A stretch of DNA of 62,555 bases, counting the filler, from Nemertoderma westbladi (Eukaryota; Animalia; Xenacoelomorpha): the NCBI GenBank assembly GCA_032718475.1. It is 3 parts of 3 records of this genome, joined end to end, with 100 filler letters (N's around TTAATTAATTAA, not from the genome) between each part and the next. Parts side by side here need not be neighbours in the genome. Positions count along the whole stretch, not along the records: positions 17,478 to 40,488 come from JAUCBJ010002250.1; positions 40,589 to 62,555 come from JAUCBJ010005146.1; 1 more part is not named here. One strand, 5' to 3'. Each line of letters begins with the position of its first letter. Position 1 is the first letter of the stretch. The position numbers and the translations under genes are program-made. Shown piece after piece: positions 36,771 through 49,684 of this stretch. The notes beneath the pieces are model-generated. The model saw only the letters and a list, made by a program, of their open reading frames with translations. It was not told the DNA's origin and made no database searches.

Positions 36771-37647
36771 TTAATTGGTTGAGAGACAAAGATATGATCC
36801 AAGTTATGATGGTGAAAAGTTGGAAGATTGTTATTGAGATGTATTTTCATGTGGAATATTTTTATCTCGTATTTAGTTTCAAGTGGGGCAATCCTTTAAA
36901 AATTATTGTACATCTTGGTCACCTTCCGCTTAGCTAGGGTTTCCAACATGACATCACGACCCTTTAGCTCGGCAATGAGTAGTCGTTTCTCACAAGATTT
37001 GAGCGAATCGATTATAAAAGAGTGAGGACACATGATACCCCAGTAATGGCTACATCAGAGGCATCAGTTTATAAATCTAACATCATAGTAGGGTCAGGTG
37101 ATATCAAGATAGACCGAGATAGAATGTCTTTTAATATATAGACAATTGTAATGTACTGAGGTGACGAAAGAGAACAGAACAATTTCATGTATTTTGTTGT
37201 ATTTTATAGTATTATTTTATTGCATTTGATGTATATATGATTTGATTACACATGTATCTTCAACACATTATAGGATAAAGAATGTTACTACCAGAAGAAC
37301 GTTACTCGAAATTGTTCCATTACTATTGGAGGAATAACATACGATGTTCCGAACCATGAAGGTGAAGTAGAAAAACAAACTTAAACCTCAGCCCAACAAC
37401 ACCCGCACTCTCGTGTACATTATGACATTATGTATTTGACCGGCGGGAGTTTAACAAGATTTCCTACAGGAGAATTATACTGAATCAAACCGCATCAAGC
37501 TGTCGCCTATTTCTCCATTCGCATCCAAGGGATTTTTGTAGATATTTTCCTCAATATTGTAGGAATTGCATCATGCTTTGTTATTGTTCTCTTACAATAT
37601 CTACACTACAATAATAAATATAGTAAAGGAAAATTCTGACGCAACAT

Positions 37648-37901
37648 GGTGATGCAATTTAATTAAACCACAGAGTCCATAGTTGTATGGTTTACTATTG
37701 GAAAGAACTTACAGTATTCTTATGGAACAACAATCGTGATGGTGCAATTAAACCACACACTCCATAGTTGTATGGTTTACTTTTGGAAAGAGTTTACAGT
37801 ATTCATATGGAACAACAATCGTGATGGTGCAATTAAACCACACAGTCCATAGTTGTATGGTTTACTTTTGGAAATAATTTACAGTATTCATATGGAACAA
37901 T
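37648..37901. repeat. 85-bp tandem repeat x3
   Basis: Unit ggtgcaattaaaccacacagtccatagttgtatggtttac...ggaacaacaatcgtgat. Confidence 0.9.
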
Positions 37902-37904
37902 AAT

Positions 37905-38058
37905 AATATCGTGCCACTGTAACATGTTATATTGTGTTTAGTTTATTGTTTTGTTAAATAACGTGCCACTGTAACCTGCTCCTTTCTCTAAATTGATAAT
38001 TGAACATTGAGGAGGGATATTAATTCGCCAAGATGAGATTTGCGACCAGTTTCCCCCC
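37905..38058 (+). mobile_element. MITE family A, partial copy
   Basis: Matches 187-303 and ends in tgcgaccagtttcccccc. Confidence 0.75.
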
Positions 38059-38129
38059 TGTCTCCCTGGAAGAGGAGGCATATTTGCTAAACCCGAACCA
38101 AACCTTCCAGAACAAGGGTCGAGATTTTT

Positions 38130-38890
38130 GAATGTGCTCGAGTTCCCCGATATTCTCCGATTATGTGCACACCTCGCATCCATACGACACGGCGGGATAA
38201 ACCACAGCCTTCCAGAGGCGAGTTGCCGATTCGATCAAGATACAGATGATATCATTGTCGACAGGCGCACACAATCTTGTGGTATATCCTATACCCTTGT
38301 GGTATAAATTATCGTAGCGTACTGCGTTTTTAGTTGAGAAAACGACACCGAGGTAGTTGAATGATGGTGTAAAATTTAGAGGAGCTCCATTTATATGTCG
38401 CTACATCATTCACTGCAAGTCTTCCTCCTCGTCTGAACTTGATAATCTTAGTCTTCTCAATGTTTACGAAAATATCGTTGTCTTTACAGATAATAGAGAG
38501 AGCATCGAGACCCCGTTGAACTTGTGAAATTGATGAGCCGATTATCACGAGGTCGTCCGTGTACATGAGTACCAAACAGCCGGTAGCGATAATAAGCGCT
38601 GGGAGATCTGCCACAACTAACTGAACAGAAGAGGCGAGAGTTTATAATCACCTAGGATCACACCGATGCGATGGTCGGCATTATTGGCTCCAGAATATAT
38701 GAACCGCACAAAAATTCACACAAATTTGATTGCCAGTATCGCCTGGATGCTGCAAAGAAAGTTTCGGCTTTCTCCAAGATTTGAGAGTTTCCGTATGCGT
38801 TTTGTGCGGTTGATCGAATCAAAAGCTTTGGTAAAATCTACAAAGACACATTAGATATTACCACCCTTGTGGCTCAACGCGATCTTTATT
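38130..38890 (-). pseudogene. Degenerate LINE reverse transcriptase fragment (different family)
   Basis: VFVDFTKAFDSINR, LMYTDDLVI, VNIEKTKIIKFRRGGRL; frameshifted. Confidence 0.8.
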
Positions 38891-39451
38891 ATTGTATATA
38901 AATTATTGAATATAGTTCCCCATACATAAACCAAACGTTAGAATAATAAACCAAAGGTACTGGCCAGTAAGGTATACAAACAAATAATGAATTTCAGAAT
39001 TAATTGTCAACAAATTTACATCAACATTGATCTGTTAGAGAGATTACAGCTTGTCGCTACAACAACCCCCCCCCCCCCCCCCCCCCCCCCTTCCCTCGTC
39101 ACTAAACCCGATAGATTTAGGGAAGGTTAGGAAACATTTGCAAGCTGTCACACAGTTCCTACACCAATAGGAACTAAGAAAACTTTTAGAGAGTTGTGCC
39201 CATATTTGGAGTTGCATCATCTCCTTGCATCACCTCAATTTTTCTATAAATTCGCAGGTTTATTGTTGAAAATTCACACATTTAAATCCAAAAACAATTT
39301 TACTAATACCTAATTGTGCATAAAGTTGTCAATATAGGCCAAATTTTGGAACTTTACTCAATACTGTCTACAGATTAACTGAATCAAAAAGTCTCTGTTT
39401 TCATTAAAGACAAGATCATTCATTCGAAAAGTTTAGTTCACAATCAGAGCG

Positions 39452-40123
39452 ATGAAGGAATTACAGAGCCCAATTGAAACCACGAGGGAATTCGAATTCT
39501 CATTCAACGGTTCTCTATTTAAAACCAACCAACATATTCTCTCTCCTTTGAACAGTTGCGTGGGTTACTCATGGGAAGTGTTCGCCACTCACCTACCTAT
39601 ACCACATCGCCACAATGTATCGATGCTCGGGGTGGGATGTGGCAGTGGCTGCATTCTCATTTCTAGTTACCTCCAATACGCAGACAGAATAAGCAGACTG
39701 GTCGGTGTGGACATTAACCCCCACGCTGTGGACTGCACCAAGGACAATATGGAACGGCACTCTGTAGAGGTTGGCGAATGTTATGAAAGCGACCTGTTTC
39801 AATCTCTCAACCCCGTGGAGGACAGATTTGACGTCATCTTTTTCAACATTCCCTTCCTAAACATCGATGTTGAACCTACAAATCTATTGGATGTTGCTTT
39901 TCTTGATCCTCAATTTAAATTATTTAAACGATTCTCCAAAGAGGTCGATGACTTTCTGGCGAACGGAGGTAAAGTCTACATCGGTTTGTCCGGCGCTATC
40001 AGCAGCATGGGGGATCTAGAAGAGGCAGCCGCTGAGTGCAATAAGCAACTAGTGGCTACCAGACTACCTAACGCAGTCATTGAGTTGGAATTTACCATCT
40101 ACGAACTACAACCAATTCAATAA
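39452..40123 (+). CDS. Class I SAM-dependent methyltransferase (HemK/PrmC/MTS-like), single exon
   Basis: 223 aa. Motif I GVGCGSG, post-I VGVDINPHAV, ESDLF, motif IV FDVIFFNIPF, and LANGGKVY. Confidence 0.85.
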   Translation: MKELQSPIETTREFEFSFNGSLFKTNQHILSPLNSCVGYSWEVFATHLPIPHRHNVSMLGVGCGSGCILISSYLQYADRISRLVGVDINPHAVDCTKDNMERHSVEVGECYESDLFQSLNPVEDRFDVIFFNIPFLNIDVEPTNLLDVAFLDPQFKLFKRFSKEVDDFLANGGKVYIGLSGAISSMGDLEEAAAECNKQLVATRLPNAVIELEFTIYELQPIQ

Positions 40124-40488
40124 ACTTACAAACATTATAATTTCTAAAAATCACTAAACTCATGTACAGTAAATATACGGTGGATGGATTTATATTTATA
40201 ATACCATTTTTTAAGTTATAAATTAAACAATAATTATCTTATTTTTGATATATATAATATATCCGTATCGATTATAGAACAAAATTTTATTTTATGGGTA
40301 AACTAACACTAAGTTTATTTGGGGGATTAAACAATAAACCCCGCTGTATTGTTATCTCGCCCAGTTTATACCAGAACGCGGTGAATATGTGGAAGGGTTG
40401 AACTAACAGGATATAAACCTCTCTAAGATATTCGGTTCAAATAATAGTTCGGTAGGGCTCAATAAACGTAGTTTTACTACTAGAAACG

Positions 40489-40588
40489 NNNNNNNNNNNN
40501 NNNNNNNNNNNNNNNNNNNNNNNNNNNNNNNNTTAATTAATTAANNNNNNNNNNNNNNNNNNNNNNNNNNNNNNNNNNNNNNNNNNNN
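40489..40588. other. Assembly gap with artificial linker
   Basis: 44 N + ttaattaattaa + 44 N. Confidence 0.97.
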
Positions 40589-40952
40589 TCCCTATCCCAG
40601 GGGAATGTCATGACACAGATGATAAACGGATTCAACTAGCGGTAAATTGTCTATACAATATACATACATGGACCTCTCTATATATTCTTTATCTCTGGTC
40701 ATTTACTATCCTAGCAGTTCTCAAGCCAGGTTCCAGGTAACCACCCCCCCCCCCCCCCCAGCCCCAGCCCCACCCCCGCCCCCCCCCCCCCCCCCCCACT
40801 CCCAACCGCCATTCTGATATTATTACTTTATAGGGCTATTATTATTAGGTATTTTATATTATTATTAGGTTCTTACTTTATATTACTAGTAGTACTTTAT
40901 GTTATTACTTTATTATTTATTACGATTGCCGACCCAATATTCCCCACCCCTA

Positions 40953-41164
40953 GGGGAAACTAGGCGCATCAATATCCCGCCTCAATGTTAAATTCTCAAT
41001 TTAGGGAAAGGAGCAGGTTACAGTGGCACGTTATTTTAAACAAAACAATAAACTAAACATAATATAACAGGTTACAGTTTTATTTTTGAGAGTAATCAGC
41101 TGTTATTTGCGTCGAATTTCCCCTGGAGAGGGATGCATTTTTATTGCGTCCAGTTTTCCCCCCC
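40953..41164 (-). mobile_element. MITE family A, full copy
   Basis: Reverse complement of 104-300. TIRs ggggaaactaggcgca / tgcgtccagttttccccc. Confidence 0.8.
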
Positions 41165-41239
41165 TTATTTTGTCCCCTTCCCGTTATTCGGAGGAAGTTA
41201 GTTTGGCTTATCACCAGAATGTGAGTCGCGCCGTTTCTG

Positions 41240-42494
41240 CCTTTCCATAGATCGCTTTTGTACTCCATTAAGAAGGGTGTTTGCTAGGGTACAGCAAACA
41301 GCTATTGGTGGGAGTGGGGAGATACCGTAATAGACTGCAATAATGTGTATTACTTGAGTTAGTTGTTTGTAGTACCGTATAGGTATAGTTCCATCATGTA
41401 CAGCATCCACCCATGCAGCAGACGCCATGGTCCTGGTCTACCATACCAGGTGATGCGGAGTAAGTTGTAATCCACCACGAGTTAGGGCTTGGGTAAATAT
41501 ATTATCCTCCTATTAAATATCACCTGTGATGTCTAACTCTGGGATTACCTTTACCAGGAATCCTGCGACGTATCCAGCTGCCTGAAACTCATCATAACTG
41601 ACTTCAATATCCACTATCTGTTCAATTTTTCTCAGCATTTCCGTTGTTATTAGGACATACTTTCGGATGTTCAGGTGCTTTCAAAGTGGATGGGATATCG
41701 TCTAATAGAACAAAGTCTAAAGTATAAACTCAAGCTGAGACTTATATTTGGATGACTCAAGATCAATCGCGGCATTAACGTACTCCATAGCTTTCGTAAG
41801 TAGCGATGTCGTAGTACCAACATTACCTTTCACGACTGCAATGACTTCTTCCAACTGAGACCAACGTATTAGTTGGCTATTACGAGCGAGGCAATGCGAA
41901 AACCCCAAGCTGCAACCCAGGTGATCAACCGCCGATCGGCTGATACAAACATGTCCGAGGAAAGTTGACTCTTTGATGAAAGTGAAACCTGTCCAATATA
42001 CTGTATACTTCGTTATGGAAAAAGAAGAGCAATACTTGGAACTGCGATAGTTTCACAAAAATGTCAGTACGCGACCGTATCCTGCGATTCCCTTTAGCCA
42101 CGTAGAAACAACAGGCAGGCAGGTTCAGTCAGCTGCAAAAAGCCCCCCAATTAAATCTCACTCATTGAGCAACTGAAGTTGGCTTTCCTCAATAGTGGGG
42201 AGTCATGGTGGAACATACGATAAGGGAACTCCCAGTGAAGTAGAAAGGAGGTATTGTTGGTCGCAAGGAACCACCAGGGACTTTCTTGTGCAGAATTATC
42301 TTGAGAAACTCTGGCCAATGTTGAATACAAATGACGGCAGTGCTACTGTACTTTAAATGGAGAGCTGTCGTCTGCACTGTGTCGTGGTAACTGATCTCGT
42401 TCGGCACCAGCAGGAGGACATTTCACTACACGAACGGGATTTCATTTCCTGCGTAATTGCCGTCGCAGCCAAATACACAACAATAATTAGGCAT
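41240..42494 (-). pseudogene. THAP-domain (P-element/THAP9-like) transposase relic with the catalytic core deleted
   Basis: ATG at 42494 gives MPNYCCVFGC, then ICIQHW...PTIPPFYF (THAP C2CH), WSQLEEVI, and later AAGYVAG and LTRGGL C-terminal motifs. Many frameshifts. Confidence 0.65.
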
Positions 42495-42839
42495 AATACA
42501 GTAATAATAATAATTAGCTTGTTCTGTTGGTAGTCAGGTAGTTTAGCCTAATGTTGTAATACGGCACCTTAAATACCTACCTACAGACCTATAGTAATTG
42601 ATTTAATTACTACCAAATGGTACCACCTAGGCCTACCTGTACCGGAACGGTCGCGGTACCGTACCGGCAACCGGTACCATCATACGAGTACGCGCTACCA
42701 CTGTACCAGGGTCTGAGGGTACTGGGGTGGGGTAGGCTGGTAGGGCCATACAGCCGTCCAGTTGAATGTACTGTAACTAGACTATCTGACTTTCTAACTG
42801 TACTATTCCCATATACCAGAAGTAGCGTTAGGACTAATA

Positions 42840-45790
42840 CGTGTAAATCTTTTCGACCTACGCGGAGGCCTACGCGTAGCTACGCGTAGCTACGCGTAGC
42901 TCGCAACATTGGGTCATATATCACCAGTTTCAGAGTTTTAACAGTAACTACGCGTAGGTGCTACGCGTAGCTACGCGTAGGTCCTACGCGACCTACGCGT
43001 GTAGGTCCTACGCGACCTACGCATAGGTGCTACCCATAACTATGCCTATACGTCGTTTATCATTAGTAGGCCTACGTATTCCAAGCGGTTTAGTACTAAA
43101 ATAAGACACAATACGGTATGTTCAATAAACAACCCACAACCATCAAATGCTTTCAACAGTAATGTATCCTATACCTGTATACTCCATATAGAGGAATACG
43201 CGAAGACTACATATTCTTCACTTCATGCGTTGCGGGCGGTAAAATGTGTTAATAATTCATGTTTAGAGTTCAAAAATAGTTTACAAAGGAAATAGGCCGA
43301 TGGTTCTCATCGATGATTCTCTATGCTTTTTATTGCCTTTGTTCACGATAGGGCAAGGATATACTGTATTTAATTTGTTAACCCCTTGACAAGGGAAGGG
43401 GGGAGACTAAATTGTCTACCATGATTGGTTGCTCTTGTTATTTGACCAAACAATTTGATTATATGCAGTATTTATCAGCTTTCGCTTAACCTCTTCACCA
43501 GTAGACTGGTCGCTTTATTTACTACTGTTCAATATTTAAATAATCCAATGGAAACAAAGATACTTGAATCATGAGACGTGATTTTAAGTTTACTTTTTAT
43601 TCATCCTGTGTTTGTATGTGAAAGAGCCGAATATTATTTACCAGTGCTGTATGTAGAGATATGAGTTTCCGATTCTGTTATTATACATTTGTCTGATAAT
43701 CAGATACCTGACATATACCCAGTAAAAAATCCCCATGCGTAACGCATTCGTACCACATGCAGCATTCGTAAAAGGTGCGTGCAATGTTATTTAAGATTCG
43801 TGAAGCCTTCGTCAATGGTTCGTCAGTCCGAATAATTTAACGAATGCGTATAGTATTCGTATCGCATGTGAGATTTCACTTGTAAATATATTCGTGGCTC
43901 ATCATTCGTGGCACATGCGATACGAATGCTTCCACTCCACACAAAAAATAATTCGTGGTTCATTCGTTCGTACCACATGCGATACGAATGCTTAGCCACG
44001 CCACGCTTAAAATTATTCGTGGTCCATTCGTGACGCATGCGATACGCATGCAAAGCACTCTCAATTAGAGTACCGTACAGACTGTAATACTGACCAATCA
44101 CCATTCGGCAAATAATCGAACATAGTGTTATTAGTTAGTAGCTCTCCCCCTTTGTTACCAGTCAGCCAGTCCCATGTACTTTTACTATATATTTATTTAA
44201 TGGGTTGCCCAGTAATTCTCAACTCCCATTTATTATTTTGGTTCCCCATTATTTTGGTATGTAAACCTGTTCCCTTTACCAACATGCTTGATATACTGTA
44301 ATAATGTAAAGGTTATGTACTGTAGGGTAGGTGAGATAAATAATGACAACATAAAACTACAGTATTAACTTAACGAACTACAGTATGTAGGCATACTTAT
44401 AGTATGTAGGCACTAGGCACCCCCCCCCCCCCCCACCCGTAGTTTTAGCCCCTGTACAGTAGTACTCATTTCCCAAAGTTATTACAGTAGTTTTATGTTG
44501 TCATTATTTATCTCACCTGGCCTACAGTACAGTACCAATACATATTATAAAGCATGTGGCATTTTTATTAAATTGTACGTGTGTATGGTGATATTCTCAC
44601 ACAGTTTCTTAGGCCTCCAGGTCGAATTTGTTTAATTCGCTATAAAAAGCCATTAAAAAGTCTACTGATATACTGTAGCAGTTAATTACCGGTTACTGCT
44701 ACAGTAGGCCCTACACTTATTAATGGTAAAAAAATCTTACAGACAAAATACATCAAAGGCATACATTTTATGAGATGCATCAACATAATTTCAATGTTTT
44801 TTTTACTATATTCTAGAATATTAATTCGCTTTTTTTCGATAATAAGTAATAAAAAATATATATAATAATAATAAAAATATATATAATAATAAAATAATAT
44901 AATATAATAATAAATAATATAATATAATAATAAAATAATATAATAATAAAATATCATAAAAAATAATAAACCATCAATAATAATTAATATAAGTATAATA
45001 ATAACTATAACGATTTACGTCTGAAATTGCGTGCTCTTGAATTATATCTGAACATTTTTTTGGGGAAATTGAAAATGGCTTTCATATTCGATTCGGAATA
45101 TCAAGTATATTTAAAAAAATAAAATAAAATGGACACGTTTTATCAGTTGTAAACTGTTAAAACTATGTAAACTGTAGCGAAATAATAAAAAAAATAAAAA
45201 TCCTGCGGTAAACATTCGTATAACACTCGTAAAACATTCGTAACGCATTCGTATAGCGTGGGAAACATTCGTATATAACATGCGGGACGCATTCGTATCG
45301 TGTGCGGGAAACATTCGTATAAGATTAGGGGCGCATTCGTAGAATGTGCGGGATTCGGATAAGGTTCGTATTACATTCGATATGCGAATAAAGGATGCGT
45401 ATTTGGTTCGGTTTTCGCATTCGTATCGCATGGTTCATCTATGTAACATTTCAGAATGCGTTACGAATGCGTGAAATATGCGCCATCCCATGCGTTACGA
45501 ATGCGGATTTTTTACTGGGTACCGATACTTGCCTAACAACTCAACCCTACCGGACCTGAAATGAAAAATCATGTTATCAGGACTGCTACGCGTAGCACCT
45601 ACGCGTAGTTTCAAAATACCTACGCGTAGTTCCAAAATAACTACGCGTAGTTTTAAAACACCTACGCGTAGTTGTTAAAAAGGCAGTAAGTCTGGCCCTA
45701 CCGGTAAATGACAGGAATGGAAGTTACAAACTACGCGTAGCTACGCGTAGCTACGCGTAGGCCTACGCGTAGGTCGAAAAGATTTACCCC
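42840..45790. mobile_element. Non-autonomous TIR element with CTACGCGTAG palindromic subterminal repeats, TA-flanked
   Basis: ~60-bp TIR gtaaatcttttcgacctacgcg.aggcctacgcgtagctacgcgtagctacgcgtag at both ends. Confidence 0.85.
43718..45519. mobile_element. Nested non-autonomous CMC/EnSpm-like element (CCC termini, 2-bp TA TSD)
   Basis: TIR CCCAGTAAAAAATCC / GGATTTTTTACTGGG with many ATTCGTA/TACGAAT subterminal motifs. Confidence 0.8.
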
Positions 45791-45827
45791 TATAATACAG
45801 CTATAACTAATCATTATACGGTAGTAC

Positions 45828-47970
45828 CCCTGCAAACAATTTACTTTCAAGGAATGTCAGAAAAACATCATTAATTTGTTATAAATGTTGATAAATGTTA
45901 TTCCCTTGTTTGATAGAATATTTAGATGTTCAATATATGTTATTTTAACATTACTCTATAATGTCTTTGTCAGACATTAAATAAATGATAACTGTTGATG
46001 TTAAAAAAACGTAATTATAATGTGAGAACATAAACATTAGTCAAAAATGTTTTATAAGTGTTTAGTTCTAACATTTTAAGAACATGGTTTGTTACATATC
46101 AGAACAATGTTATTTTGTCACATAAAATAAACATTATGCGATAGACGCTGTCACTTCTATTATCCAATCTGAGATTGATGATTGGCTAATTTTAAAATTC
46201 GCGGTAATGGAGGAATTTTCCACATGTAAATGGTATACAGTATGGTATGTTGTACAATACTCATTCTGTCATGCCTGTATTCAATGTTTATTGTGTATAT
46301 GTATTGTTATACTGCTGTACTGCAAGGCCTATCTCTATATTACTGTAGTGTAGTTACTGCAGGCCTACTGCTCTGTACAGTAGCTTATATTTTTGGTTTT
46401 ATAGTTTTGGTTTTGTGATTTATTTAACCTGAACTCATAAATAAAACATATCTACCTGAATGCGAGTTAGCCTTTACCCTCTGGATTCACACATTACTGC
46501 ATTAGACCTACCAATTACAGAATTCAAGTCTGCCAGGACCAGAAAGTCCCCTTAAACCAGAACTGACAGGTGGAGGATTGACTTATTTGTCTGTACTGAT
46601 GGTGGATTTCAACAGCCGAGGACTAAAGATTGGAATTCTTATTATTGGGAGGTCCCAGTTTTCAGTTGAAGGGGCAGGGCACAGGGACAGCATTACTACA
46701 AAACTTTCGATTCGATTTCGATTTGAAAACTTCACATTAACTGTTATTACAAACTATTTATTGTTTCAGTTTTTAGATTGTACTTTTGTAGGGCCTAGGC
46801 CTATTGATTTATTTTTACAGTTTAATAAATGAAGCTCACTCAGCTATAATTATAATTAACATTTAATTTTTTAAATATGATTTGTTCAGATAGAGAGGAT
46901 TTGCGATGCAATCAAAATCATCCCTCTCCAGGGAGATATCGATTCAAATAAGTACTGATTACTCTCCCAGAAATAAATCTGTAACCTGTTTTTTTTTGTT
47001 TACCCGTAGGATATAATAATGTGCCTCTGTAGCCAACTGTAACCTGCTCCTTTTAATAATTTAACATTGTTGTGAGGTATTATTTATTAAACCCACTATG
47101 TACATTATTTTATATAGTCTACAAATTAGATCTATAAATCTAGTGAATAATATTAACTCAAAGTATTTTAATTGATGCAATTCATTACGTTGTTGTCACT
47201 TATTATTACGTCATAAACATATTCTTTTTAAGTCTGTAATTAACTTTAACCGAAATATCAAAACCATTTACATAATGGGCCATACAGCCATATATTTGTT
47301 GTTTTACTTATTCTGCGATATTTTACTTTGATTTTGCTGTTTATTTCATTATTTGTTCCTGACTGGTCATTATACAAAAAATTCAATTCATGTTAAACGT
47401 TTTAATTGTTATTAATTTGCATACAATTGCCTACAACAAAATTGTATTCAATCAAACTGTGTTAGAGATTGTAGCCTGCCACTACCATATCAACATGCAT
47501 AGGGAAATTATTAATTAATTATTCAATAAAGGGTTTGGCAATTATAAAGAACGATATAAGGAACGGCAATGGAGGGGGATTATTAGTTTGAGCAAGCGAA
47601 CCAACCATAAAACATGAGAGAAGGGCTTAAATGTACGTATAATGTTACGTTTTTAGCAAACAATATTTTTATGTTAAGAAATAACATAAAATTAACGATC
47701 TAAATAAACATTACGCCGTTGTTATTTTAATGTCAATAAAAACACAATAATAATGATGAGGAATAACATAAAAGTAATGATATATGTAACCATCCTGGCT
47801 TTGTTATTTTAATGTTATTAAAAACGAAATAATAACGTTAGTATATAACGTCATATTTCTTGGCCAATTTACAGTTTTTTTACCATTAATCTAACAATTT
47901 GAAATAATGTTATCTATGTCATTAAATAACATTTTAATAACAGCTTTTTAACAATACATTGTTTGCAGGG
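45828..47970. mobile_element. Non-autonomous CMC/EnSpm-like element (CCC termini, 2-bp AC TSD)
   Basis: TIR CCCTGCAAACAAT / ATTGTTTGCAGGG with AC on both sides and AACATT/AATGTT subterminal motifs. Contains a diverged MITE A copy (~46900-47070). Confidence 0.8.
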
Positions 47971-48079
47971 ACAGTAGTTATTAGGCTATTCAGGAAGTAC
48001 AGCTTACAGCAGTATGAAATTGATGGACTTCGCTAACGAAGTCGGATCAGGCAGTGTGCCAGTCCTGTAGTATAGTAGT

Positions 48080-48290
48080 CCTTGGGATTTAGTGATTTCG
48101 TTTGGAAGCGTGTTCCAAAGTTTTGGACCCGGGTGTGCAAATGATTCGCTGCCTGTCAGCCTGTGGCAGTCTTGTGGTAGGGTACCACAGCGTGTGACTC
48201 GCTACGTCGTAGACGTGATTGTGTTTGGGAGAACGTAATCAGGTCGCTTAGGTACTTTGGTGCGGTCCCAGTCAGCCAGTGTAAATTCGG
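48080..48290 (-). pseudogene. 3' fragment of an L2/CR1-type LINE ORF2
   Basis: APKYLSDL...LRRS...VP..KT, then a frameshift to SFAHPGPKLWNTLPNEI. Confidence 0.7.
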
Positions 48291-49684
48291 TACATGTAAG
48301 TGAGTGTTATTTGCTGCACGCGTTCTCGGTGGTAACCAGTTCATTGCTACAAAGTCGTCGATGCCGATGTGATGTGTCGTGGGGGCATTGAGTTACAGAA
48401 ACGTATGCACTTTCTCTGGAGTGCGTTGACTCGTCTGCGGAGGTCATATACACAATAGGCCTACAATCGATTTTTTGTCGTCTCAAACCTACAGACCTAG
48501 AGATCTCTCCATTGATTGATTGAGGAACGCATGAGCAGATGGCAGTGAACATATAACTTCTTGTTATAACCTAACAGCCTAACAGCCTAAGTCTGTCATC
48601 TGTAAGTGCACCATTTCCATTCCATACGTCATAGCCTAATCACACAATTTTTTGGTTTATAATATATCAATTTTTGAGGAGCACTTAATAATACTGTAAT
48701 ATCTGGTGTAATCAGGTAATTTCGTTTCAATTGTGTTTTTGATTGATTCACAACAGCACAATACAATCCATTAGGCTATCATAAGTCTAGTATCATGACT
48801 TGGTTGCTTGTAGACAGTTTTATTTTAATTCCTGAATTGTGTCCCAATATGTTAAATTAGTCTGTTAGCAGTTAGTTGATCTGTTGATTGTATTTGTTAT
48901 GTATTCTGTGTGCATAACTTTTATCCGAACCAGCATATTTTTACTGTGTTTTTTTAAGCTTGTATGTCAGTATGTTATATTGACCCCTGTACTGGGTTTA
49001 ACTGTTTAATCTATCTGTATGATCTTATTTTTAACTGAAATGTGCAAATAAATTCAAATGCCAGCCTGCATGGAGTAGGCCTAACCTTTAAAAAAAATAG
49101 ATAGGGAGGCTATTATATTAGGCCTAAGACAGGAGACAGCTACCTACTGACCTATATACTACATTATTTCAATGTTAGTTTTAGGCCTATACAGCTATAG
49201 GCCTATCAGTAGTACATAATAATTAGGCCGAGCGGCCTTGTATTTCATTAACATACGCTGCTATAGGTACTATCCTCTAGAGGTAGTATGTATAGGCAAA
49301 TGTATACCGAACTGCCGAATATAGGCCTACACTCCTTAATACCTGAATACTATTATTATTAATACTATTAAACTGAATATTATTACTATTAGATACTGTA
49401 TTTTGTCAATAATGGCGCGGCGCTGACCGACGAAAATACCGGTACTGATTATGTGTTAATATATAGACTAACTTTGAATGATCACCTTCGTCAATGCTGC
49501 AATGTTATTGTGAACTAAGTCATAAATATTACCAGGAACCGACCAAACATCCTTCAGTCCTTCAGTGGTTTGTGGATTGTTAACAGGCCTACCGCAGTTC
49601 ACTATTTCCAATTTCATTTCAGTCTGTCAGTTTTGGTTTACCGGTAGTTCACATAAAATATTACCGGTACAACTTTAATTAACT

